This document shows, in pieces, positions 13,866 to 25,211 of a stretch of 64,000 nucleotides of DNA. Where the stretch lies: the NCBI GenBank assembly GCA_964057225.1, contig OZ059896.1, positions 6,200,001-6,264,000 on the forward strand, read 5' to 3'. Positions within the stretch are counted from its first letter, which is position 1; every line of letters starts with the position of its first letter. Source of the stretch: Auanema rhodensis. Taxonomy: Eukaryota > Animalia > Nematoda. Made by a program: the position numbers and the translations under genes. The notes beneath the pieces were generated by a model. The model was given only the letters and a program-made list of their open reading frames with translations. It was not told where the DNA came from and did no database searches.

Positions 13866-14312
13866 TCATATATCCGTGGGTACGCAACGCATATGACATT
13901 TGTGCCAACCTCGGTTGTCTTCGTAGGCGCAACTAAAAGCATGAAATGAACATGAAAACAATTCCAACAAACTAGGTTGTTGCATATGTGTCTTCGGTGT
14001 CGTTTGGGCATTTGTATCCTCCTGGGCATATACATTTATGTGAAATGGCAACTAATTCCATTCTTCTATCGATTACGATCTTAATGAAGTATTACACATT
14101 GTATTGAGTTGATGATAAGACAAACTTGTTGGCAATAATGAGCTTCATCATATATATTGCATATTTTAGAATCTAGGGTGAAGTGACTGTTCAAGTTGAT
14201 AGAGTTTTCAGAGACAGTCTATACATAATTATTATGTTAGTAACTGTGAGAGTTGTAAAACCTGAGAACACACTGATTGAATAAATATCCCAACAGTTAA
14301 AAAAATAAGCAT
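13866..14312 (-). CDS. Small secreted cysteine-rich protein (105 aa, 8 Cys in the mature part), 4 exons
   Basis: Exons 14312-14262, 14218-14126, 14079-13973, 13932-13866 with GT-AG introns join in frame: MLIFLTVGIFIQSVCSQ TVSENSINLNSHFTLDSKICNIYDEAHYCQQ IVIDRRMELVAISHKCICPGGYKCPNDTEDTYATTY CAYEDNRGWHKCHMRCVPTDI*. Hydrophobic N-terminal signal peptide. Confidence 0.85.
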
Positions 14313-14718
14313 ATTGATAATAAAAGCAGCTTATGAAGTGAGGAGAATAAGAATGAAGCAGAGAGAATGGAATAAGAGTTTCATATGTAAGTGTAACTAT
14401 TATAGGGGAACGTTAAACCAGTCTTTATCTTTTCAGTAACAAACTGCTTTCGGCGCATGTAGACTGATGTAGAACTATTATGTCGAGAGAATATCGTCTA
14501 TACGAAAACAAAGAGAAAACTGAGAAACAGTGACCCTGTATCATATGCGTCGAACTATGTTGTAATCACGAAATCGTACAATTTCAAAGAAAACAATCAA
14601 AAGCTTTTATTAATGCAAGAAATTACGTTTCAACGCGTGTAATGTACAAACCATATAAAAAATTGATTAAAAAAACTGGTCCTCATCCTTTCCGATAAAT
14701 CAACTGTAAGGATTTTCA

Positions 14719-17700
14719 CTAACGAAGCCTTCTGAAAAGAAAAATAATATTTTTAAGATCACTTCAAGTTTTGATCTCACATCGTCTGAATTCTGCTGTT
14801 TGCGAATATTCTTAATAAAAATTGGCCATCTTGATTTGGCTCAAATGTGGTTGGAACGATGATATAACGCCCTGATGTGAGACGAGCGCGCAAAGTCATC
14901 TAGAAAGAAATATAATATCGAACAATATGAATTACACTAAGAAAATTGTCACCTCTCTCTGATTAATGTAAGTTTTAGTTTTAGCTACCGGCTTATGAGA
15001 AGTAAAATAATCAAACGGCAATGGCCGATTTTGTCCATATCCGTTATCAACCTAAATTATGATTAAATTATATTTCATTCATATGTCACAAATCACTTGG
15101 TATATGGAAAATCCTATAGGAAGATTATCTAGCCCATTGTTTCGCATTTCACGTCTATATTTTTGTAAAACAGCAACAATAACAGTGCATTTACCGTCAG
15201 CTTCTAGATAATCAGATGTTACTTCAAAGTAAGAAGCAAACTGAGGATTTTGACCGTATGATTCTGGCAAAAGGTATTCATTAAAACCGAGAGTAATAAT
15301 CAAACCTGGGTAATTCAAACAACCTCCAGCTGTTCCATGTGAAGAATTCCATTCACCTTCCTCCATTTTCTCATCCCAGGTTTGCATTTTAGTAGCAGCA
15401 GGGTCCAGATTAATCTGGAATACATTTATGAGTTAATTTTTGGCTTCCATTATACTACTCCTGTCATTTCAGAAATTTCACTCATAACATCAGCTGATAA
15501 GTTACAAACTTCAATCTCATCGAAATGTGAAATAAAATCATCAAAAGACATCCTGCAACAGATCGAACTAGAAACTAAACAGTCATTGTAACAAACCAGA
15601 ATTCTCCATCATTACTAAAATTGAGATCAATTTCTCGCTTCTCATAATCCGGCAATCGATTCCATTGCTGTGACCCGTCCGACCAAGCACCGTTCCATTC
15701 CTGCATTTATGAACCAATGATGAATTTAATGAAACATTTACCTTGCTATTGCCCCATGGATTCCTCAGTCGAATTATGACATAATCTCCCAGACTGCTTA
15801 ACACTTTTATTGATGTTATACTGTAAGCATGCCCACAAACAAGACCGTTATCAAGCTTTGCCTCTTTCTCATTTTCTCTCGCCTACAACACAAAATTAGC
15901 AAAATAAATCCAGTTTCGGTTCAAATTATCGAATTAAAAAAATGCTCACATGAATACTACATCCAAACAGTGATCCCATTTGAATTCCACGAATAATCAT
16001 TGCAAGAACAATCGACTTGTCAGTTTTCTTGAGTGACATTGATTCCGTTAGTCCACCAGTAAAATCTTCAAGAGCTTCTACAATAGCCCCACCATCCAAA
16101 TGTTCATAAGAACCGTAAAGCCTGTAGAAAAACAATACAGAATAGCACATTTTACATTTGCATACTTGGCATAAGCTTTCTCTAGCAATGCACTCCAAAA
16201 CTCATTTAAATTTTGTGAATGCATATAAATTAAACGTCCATCACGGCATGGTAATCTGTCGTCAATTACTACATCTACCCATTTCCCATATCTCCAAAAT
16301 TGAAAATGAAAAATTCCTACATCAGTATTATAAGTTATCGAACAAAGTTACATATAAAATACCAGCATAGTTCTCTGTGAACGACTGATCAGGGGGCACG
16401 ACTCTATAGAACATCTCATCTCTTAAAGTTAAATTAGCTGCTGCTGCAAGTAGCCAACAGTCACCTAATTCTCCCTAGGAAGATTAATTGTCTAACTCTT
16501 TTATAAAAATGAATGATGATATTTTTAAATTCTACGAATATAATAATGTTATTTACAGCGAGTCTTATTATATGAAATTTCCAATGGGTTTACCTGTTTA
16601 ACATCGAAACGCGATTTTTCTTCAACAATCAGTTGTGGCTGTTCTGTAATTTCTCCAGGTCGAAGCCACTGAACAGAGCTATCATACTTTTCCCGATTAT
16701 ACCAAATACTAGAAGGTTGTGCAGAAAACTCTGGATCTTCAAACAAGCGTCTTTCTTGTAGGCACCGCTGACGTTCAGTTTGAAAATCCAAAAAAAAAGA
16801 GTTTCTTGAAACGTGACCGGGTATAGTTGGGGAAAAAGGTTGAATCTAAAAGATTTTTTCAAGTTGGGAAAATTGATCATGTAAAAATTTGAAGAACATA
16901 GTTATGAGCCGTACATTACGTCTGAATTTTCCACTAATGATGTTGTCCAAAATAACTTTTCCTACACTGCTTAGGCTATTACTTTGTCCGCCCATATTGA
17001 AGAAGAGATTTCCCAAAACCGAACCAATTATATGGCCGGTAGACTTTAAAAAATATGAATTTCATAAAATTTCATTTAAATACCGGATCGACATTCAAAA
17101 AACGATGAGCAGCCGAAGCAATCATATTCTGCATCATACTTTCCATACCACCATTTTTCGAGAACATATTAGATAAAACTAAAGACATCAGAAATAAATA
17201 AATTTAGCATTTTTTTAATATTTACTTCCGTCCCCTCCCATGCTGTTGATTGAGCCAACAACATCCCCAAATGAAGATGCACCAAAGCCATCAAGAAGAC
17301 CTGATTAATTGTAACAGCAAAATTTAAAAATTTTTTCAAAAATTAGTAAACCTCTAAACTCAGATCCTCCAGATGGAACTGTATCAAATTGAGCATTAAC
17401 ATCATTAGAGCTTTCCAATACTACCTGAAACAATTTATTAAATACCAGATGAATTAAAAAGACATGCAGGTCCGTCTTCATCATCGTTATTCTCGAGTTG
17501 TTCGTTATAGTACTCATTTGCTTCCTGATGTTCTCCAGAATAACAATTATTTTCATTTTCTTCTTCAATTTCTTCGCTAGAATGATCTTCATAAATACCG
17601 TGCTGACTATTCTGACCATGCTCTTTATTCAATTCACCATACTCGTATTCACCATATACCTGATTGTATCCGTCTTGGTTCCAATAATCATTTTCACCCA

Positions 17701-17902
17701 CTTCTTCAACATAGTCATTCTGACTATAATCTTCTGCAGCATAACCATCCTGATTGTATTCATCCACATCATCTTCTACATAAACATTTTCAAAATATCT
17801 TTGTAGAATTATATTGTTCAACCAAATCAAGAATTTTTCATTTGAAAACTAACCTGCAGCATCATAATTATAACTGTCATCGTTCTCTTCGTAATCAGAC
17901 AT
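14719..17902 (-). CDS. Atypical calpain (CysPc + C2-like domain III, no EF-hand domain); clp-1/clp-4-like with acidic and Gly-rich N-terminus
   Basis: MSDYEEND...; SRFDVKQ|[11 protein letters not shown] (Cys), [11 protein letters not shown] (His), IRLRNPWG (Asn); domain [11 protein letters not shown]...NPQF and [21 protein letters not shown]; N-terminal block IIGSVLGN...[14 protein letters not shown] resembles nematode calpains; stop TAG 14721-14719. Confidence 0.92.
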
Positions 17903-18438
17903 TCTTCAAAAGTTTTAAAATATCATATCAGAAATGGAAAAAAATGTTACAGTATAATAAGAACCAAAAAATTAGTAGTTGAAAAAAACTATTTTCAATA
18001 TTGCTAAAAATGACTTAGTTGTTGAACACTATTCCAGTCACGACAGTCATCATATATCGTACAAATAAATCAATATTCTGGTCGAATTTGACCAATCTTT
18101 CTGATCGTATTAAACGAAGTTTATTTGAAGGTGAAGAAATAGTCGCGTACAGCTAATATATGTATATAGGAATTAACGTGATATTCATGCAATATGAATA
18201 TTATAAATGTCATTCAGCAAATTCAACAAGAAATTATAACAATATTCCCAACAAAAGAGATCACATACAATTGAATAATAATCACAAAACATGATTGTAT
18301 GATCATCACTGAATTAGAGCAAAAAGCCATCCGAAATATTAATAGTAATAAGTTTTATATTCACATGATGCATGTGGCATATTTGTATCGACTTTACAAA
18401 ATCATTCAACATTATGAAATAAGGAAATATATCTTATA

Positions 18439-20772
18439 TCAGCTCTTTTTATTATTCATCATTTTTTTCCATTTATGTAAATCATGAGACGTTCTGGTTC
18501 TCTGACTTTCTTCATCTTCTTCAGGAACAGAAGTTAAGATGACATCATTCACAGGAGAAGGCCGGCGAGACGGAGACGCCAATTCTCCTAGAAATTATAA
18601 TTTATTATGTAAAAAGTAATTTTTATTGCCTTCGGGTGTTAGTAGAGCAGTATTTCTGTTAACTTCGTCTGCTATTTCTCGAAGAATGTCTGTTGAGCTG
18701 CCCGATGTGATCTTAAGATGAATGGTTGAAGAATAAAATTTTATATTAAAAAAACTTCAAAAGATGGTTTATGTTCATTGTTAAGAGAAAATTGGGAGTT
18801 TGTCAAGCGGGTGGGCCTGGAAAGTTTCCGCCCATCTCTGAATAGCATAAACATAATTTTCTAAGGTAAAGAAACACCTGCTAAATTGTCGCTTCAAACT
18901 ATCAAAAATCCCTGTTTTGGTTCTACTCCCAAGGCTTGTCCGACTTCCACATTGTCGATTAACAGATACTATCGATACGCCTTGAAGTATTCTCAATATT
19001 ACATACCAAAATATAAAAAGCGAATACCTCGTCTCAAAAGATTGTTACCTTCTAAATTGTTTTCATTTAGCGAATATTCATCTTCTATTCCCTCTTCGGC
19101 ATTGACATGTTTCATCATCATAATTTCCTCTTCTTGTGGTCTAAAACAGCGAACAAATAAAAAAAAGTTGTACTCTACTTACTCATATTGCGAAGCTGAA
19201 CCAATTTGAGGATTCACGGGCTTAACAGCAGCATCAGCCGAGTAGAGCGGTTCAATGCTTTCTAAAAGTAATAATAGCTTAATCACTTTGAAATTTCACA
19301 AAGAAAACCTCTGCTCCAGAAAATATCCTTCTGTTGCACTGGTGCCTCATTGAAATTATCATCAACAATAGTTAGCCCAACCTATATATTAAAATATAAA
19401 CATAAAATTGTAGAAAATCAAACAGATAAATTTCGATCCAATAAAAAGTTTAATTCAAAATCATCATCATCTTCTCCAAGGGGGTTCATTAAACTTTCAG
19501 CAACCTGTAATATTTCGTATCTATTAAACACATCAAACAAGAAAGAACCTTCATCCATCCTACATAGAAAATAAACTGTAGTGCTGTCATGATGAAAGGG
19601 ATGAATGGTAGAAACTGGATTAAATATTAAATTAAAGCAGAGCTTTAAATGCTCACCAAACTATTATGCTTAGGCTTCTCTCCATCTATAAGAACGGACT
19701 GCCTGGCAATAAGAGAAACAAAGAAATACGATCGCACTGCGAGAAAAACAACCTAAGAATGTACGATCAAAATTTAAAACACAAAAAATTATAACCTGGG
19801 GATACACTAGTGGAATTGGAACCCAATCAAAATTACTTATTTGCGCTAAGCCTTTACGAAAGTCAGTAATATGCTGTAAAATTATTTCAAGTTATTTAAC
19901 AATGTATCTCAAGCCTTTATAATTTCATTCAACATTAGATCGCAGGCTATTTTTCCAGACTGACGAGCTTCATATAGAAGAGTAAAACACCATTGCACAG
20001 GCAAAAAATATTTCGAAAACTTTTGTGAGCATTCATTGTATTTGAATAATTCACACTCCAGCATAAATCCTAATGACAAATATAGAACTTTTATTTGATA
20101 TGATGTACCTGAAGCTACTATGGTCTCCAATGAAGGAAAACGACGTCGAACTTGCATACTAACATCTCTAAGTAATAATACCTGGAAAACTTCATTTATA
20201 TTAAGAAGATAAATATACTTAGAAACTTGAGTAAGAACCATATATCGTATGATATTTCTACGGAGAACTCTACTTTTTTCATCACTACCCCGAATATATG
20301 TTGCCGTGACTAGTGCAATACTGAAACAGTAACACTATTTTTTAAAACAATTAATTTACTTACTTATCTATCCAACCCATATTGAGAAATATATCATTCC
20401 AACGACCAACAATTATTGTAACGAAAAATCCTAACATAAAAGTCAATGGTATGTAATCCAACTTTTGATCGAAAAGCGCAGCAAAGTCATCCCATAACCT
20501 AAATAGTAATATTTAAAAAAAACTTAGAGAGAGAAGGAATTACATCCGTTGCTTGTTTGTTAGAATATAATTAGAACGATAAACAACTGTTAACGCAGCA
20601 AAAACAATCGAAAACATCAGAAGCTCCTTAAAATTGTGTTGAGGGTCTGTTGCACTAACTCTTATTTTACCTTAAATACACATTTCCATATAGAACCTCG
20701 CCATCTTAATTGCAGTTTAACAAATGATATTAATGAAGCATTAGAGAGATCAAGGTTATATGAGACGGTCAT
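18439..20772 (-). CDS. Bestrophin family chloride channel
   Basis: TTCAG|ATG start; [10 protein letters not shown]...[30 protein letters not shown] (RFP motif), [41 protein letters not shown]; tail ends [13 protein letters not shown] at 18441-18439. Confidence 0.94.
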
Positions 20773-22070
20773 CTGAATCATCCGCATAAATTACCGTACA
20801 AGGTAGGAGTAGGACAACTGGACTGTTAGTATTGGACGTAGTGGATATATAGTATACCAATAAATTTGTGAAGCTATGTGAATAAACAGAAAAGGGTAGA
20901 CGAGTGGATGAGAAATTTATAAAATGTAGAGAGCCATCGGCTGAAAAGTGCGGTACTTCAAATATTTCAGTAGCTGATATCCACAATGTGAATTTAAAAA
21001 TATAATTTGGTAAAAAATGATTGGAGAGACTGAGAAAACTCTCAATTCAACACAAAATCTCTTTCTCAACGGTCAAATAATATTGAGTTTTACGATGTTC
21101 GTTTTGAAAAATAAACAAAGAAACATAGATAATAGAATTTCCTCACAACGGATTTAACTACATGTAGCCAATCAATAGTGAAAAAAAAGTGAACAAAAAG
21201 TTAAAAGCCGCGAAAAGTTTATTCGATTTTAAATAAACAAAGTACTATTCGAAAAACGGGATAGACTCTGGTGTGAATCAAAAATTCGAGTAAAATTTTA
21301 GACCTTAATAAAACAAAACGGCAATACAACTGACTAGTGAAAGACAGTTATAAGACAAAGAAGTTCACACCTCGTCGAACAACGTCAAATGGAAGCTGTA
21401 CTTTACCATGTACACGTATTTGTTTTGCGGAAATTTAAAAATTTTGAAAAGGGTTTGGGGCATTTTTGTCTTATTCAGAGTATTGGATTACCAGAAATCC
21501 ATTGACTTTTGAGCCAACAGAGCGCACTTTGCGCCGATGCCACCCATGTGGCACAGAAATCTTAAAATAACGTCCTCAGAAATGAAATTTAAGTTTATAG
21601 TATAGACTGCCACAGAAAGAGACACACTGTTTGTTTTGTGTTTTTGTTGTAATGTGTTTACTATATCTTGATGTTGATAGTAATGTTGCTCTATCTCAAT
21701 GTTTCTCCTTCGAAGATTATCTCCGCTATCGGTTTTGTGAATGCTTCTTCTTGCTGTTTGGTTGGTCGTGAATTCTTTTAACGCTGCCTACGTTGTTCCA
21801 ACCATAGATGCCAGTGGTGCATAGTTTTAGTTTGAAAAAAGTGCACTTGAAATTTACAGCAAGTTTTAAATGTGTTTATTGATTATTCTTGAATTTTATA
21901 AGAACATATTTGAATATCTAATTTAGATGCACGCTACCTTTATGATCATAAGTTTCATTTAACAAGGATAAGGTTCACGAAATCCTAAGAGTATAAAATG
22001 CGTTATATTTGTTAGTGCTGTATGTAATTTTTAGGGTGCGAATTTTAAATAAAATTTCTAAAGTAGCGTG

Positions 22071-23479
22071 CTAAAACGTTGTAATAGTTATCGTTAAAAG
22101 GAGAAAAAACCAGTTAAGATTAAATACTGGTGTATAGTTAATGATATAAAATACGTTCCATTGCTGAAGTCGGGAAATGTTCCTAGGTATAATTTTCTTT
22201 ATCAGCTAAAATAGTTTACTAACTTGTATTCTGCTTTTGATTCATCCCAAGAGTTCTCAGCGCCTATCAAATCAAAATTACAATGGTTGGTTTTGCATAA
22301 CCATTGCTCCATATCCGTGTACGATCGATAATATTGAGACTAAAATTTTGTCATATATTATACGTTTTATGAAACAAGCTAATAAAAAAATAGTGATAAG
22401 GGCATGAAACGTTTACCTCCATTTCTTGGCCCGATAAACCTGGAGCAAAAGAAATACATCCTCTTTGAACATCTCCATGGGGATTAGATGAAATAAAGCA
22501 CATCTAAAATTTGTTTGGTACAAAAAACAATCGTCATATCACCTGTCCTTTGCAAAATGTTCGTGTTCTTATATATGGCAAAGAGGGGGAATAAAAATCC
22601 ATATAGCAGTCAATCAAATTCTCTGTGGGAAATGTAAGGGTAGAATAATTCATCTGAAATCTCGAAAAAAATTCTGAAATTATTTTTTACTTAATACGGA
22701 ATTTCCATAGCAGGATATATCAGATGGTTGGCCAGTGTATTGTAGTTTTACACAGTTATTGGGATAATAGAAGAAGATTGGGTTTGTAGAAAAAAGGTCG
22801 TAATCGTTAGCCTTTGAACAGTCTATTTCTTGAGAAGTAAGAGTTGTGTTATCTAGTTCATACTGTATAAACATAACGAATGATTAGTAAAAACTTTACA
22901 TATGCTTACAGAATAGTTACGAAAAACACAGAAGGTACCAGCGCATGGCTTTTCCCATCTTAGAACTGTATTGATTCCATCATTGGCGGACTTATGACAT
23001 ATTTGAGCTTTAAGAGTCTTAACAGAATCTTCTTCGACGAGACTAACGTTTGCATTGCAAAAATTCCCTCTAGATTAAATTACTTAAAGTTCAAGTGTAG
23101 TTGTACTTACTGGCATATACATAAAGTTTGACCGTCCTGATTTACTCTACAGCCGAGCTCAGTAACATTTCCAATAATGCATCCCTGAAAAAATCATAAA
23201 AAATTAACACGTTATAAAAAGTATATTCATTTAATAGTACGAACTGTATTTGAGACGGTGTATCCTTCAGTATCGTAATAGTAGAAGCTTTGATAGCAGT
23301 AATCGGAAAAACATTCGTTTCCACAGCTAGAAGATTGAGGAAATACGGAAATAACAAAACAAACGTCAAATTTACTTCATGTTTATATCTCCAACATTCT
23401 GGCTACATCGACTACATTTTAGAAGCGGTTTGACTAACAGGAAAGGAAAAATAAGAAAAAAGTTCAGGAACAAATTCAT
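22071..23479 (-). CDS. Secreted, probably GPI-anchored Cys-rich protein with about three Ly6/uPAR-like (three-finger) modules
   Basis: Signal peptide MNLFLNFFLIFPFLLVKP; LKCSRC...CFSDYC...GC...GC...LCICQGNFCN; further C...CAGTFC and CKGQMC...RGC...LCKTNHCN modules; hydrophobic end WFFLLLTITITTF*. The phase of the last intron is somewhat uncertain. Confidence 0.78.
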
Positions 23480-23642
23480 TGCCAATAAAGGTTTGAACTG
23501 ACGGAATGGAAGCGGATTGAATACAATATTCTATCTATCTCTCTCGCTCGAATATTTTCATCAATGATAGCGGAGTCTGAAGAGCTAATGCTCGTTGTTC
23601 ATTTGAATAAGCCGTTGGTCTCTATTGAAATTAAAATCTAAT

Positions 23643-23665
23643 ATAATATATATATATATATATAT
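23643..23665. repeat. (TA)n microsatellite
   Basis: Run of tatata... visible directly. Confidence 0.85.
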
Positions 23666-23837
23666 TTCAAATATGACTCATTTTCGTGCCTGTTGAATGT
23701 ATAAAAAAATCATATTATTCGTTACAGTTATTTGTTGAACGGATGCTAGATGATTAAAATAACATGCCTCTAGAGAGTTGAAAACAAGCAACAGTTTTAT
23801 TGGTAACAAAAATTTGTACAGAACAATTTTTAAAATT

Positions 23838-25054
23838 TTAACAATATTTAGAAGTTAGAGTTTTTGGATCCATAATAGGTAATTGATCACAAATAGCATA
23901 AAGGCCTGAAAATAAAAGTATCAGTATTTTTCGCCAAAAGAAATTACATTTTTTGTCTTCAGAATTCAGAAACATTGTAGCCATATCAAACCGCTCTATC
24001 GAAGTCAGTCGTAAGAGGCAATCGCCTACAGTTATTAAAAATTCGTTGGTAATTGTCTTAATATATAATCTTGAGCTTCAAAAATTCCATAACTTCTTCT
24101 CACTTGGTTTTGTATTATATGTAGTAAACCTCTCAAGAGTGTGGATAAAATTTCAGTGTCCAATAAATCATCAAATATTTTCGAATAGATCGAGAAAGGA
24201 ATTTTCTAAACACATATTCATACTTTTTTCTATTTAAAAAGATAGAAACATGAACTTACCAAGAAATATTTAGCAAAAACAGATTCATTTTTCTTTAGAT
24301 ATTCAAAATGACTTAAGAAAATTGGGAAAGAATCAGGCACTCGAGGTATATCAGTATCGCAAACTATATGGGTCTTTTCCTCCTTGATAATTTCCTGGAA
24401 ACAAAATGACAGTAAATCCGATAAATGTGAATTAATACCACATCCTCTACATTAACAGACGAACATGAAGTAAATACTATATCATACGTTATTAAATTTT
24501 CATCCGATCTGATCTCATCACCGAGTTCAATGGGAGTGACGAATAATACTTCCACATTTTTCTGAGATTAGACTTTTTATTATTCTATTCATTAAAAGTT
24601 AGCAAATAACCCTCGTACCTTTCCTTTTACTCTTGTAACTAAGCCTTTGATAGCAGAATCTTCACTGAGAGACAAGGCCCGTTCCGCATCCGCCTCCGCC
24701 AACTGGAACAACTGCAACTTTTCGAAGACAATAGCTCTTCTAGTAAATATGTAAAATTATTTTTAGAACTTATATTAATCCCTACCTAAAAAATAATTTA
24801 GCTGAGTCATTCTTGAGATATATAGCCCTGTTACAGTCTACCAAAGCAGAGTTCCATTGACTCAAGTTTATATGTGCTTGAGCACGATTACCTGAAGTAC
24901 AAAATAGGTATATCGCATTTATCTATATATATATACCTAGTACTAATGGATCCAGATTAGTTAATAAACTTTCTGTATAGTAATGTATAGCCTTGTGATA
25001 ACGCTTCTCCTTGAAAGCTTCATTTCCAAGATGCCGAAGAGCGTCCTCAGACAT
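23838..25054 (-). CDS. RPAP3: RPAP3/SPAG1-like co-chaperone (one TPR-clamp block + RPAP3 C-terminal domain)
   Basis: [25 protein letters not shown]...[10 protein letters not shown]...ALVDCNRAI...KLFFRRA (TPR clamp); C-terminal [18 protein letters not shown]...[22 protein letters not shown] matches the RPAP3_C pattern. Confidence 0.8.
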
Positions 25055-25211
25055 ACTAATAGAGAATAGAACATACTATTTCAATTATCTTTTCAGAGTA
25101 TTAAGTTGATATAAACATCGGAAACATAAGAATATTTAAATTACAATATTTATCACAGATATAATAAATAATATATATATATAATTCAAATTAATTAATA
25201 TGTAAATAAAA

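Noticed and set aside
17498-17806. Hydrophobic 102-aa plus-strand ORF
   Set aside because: Reverse complement of the acidic calpain exon; the hydrophobicity is a codon artefact.
21492-21553. Short similarity to GS exon 1 (52814-52836) and two small GC hairpins
   Set aside because: Only an 11-nt exact core with indels; expected by chance, with no tRNA or Helitron end features.
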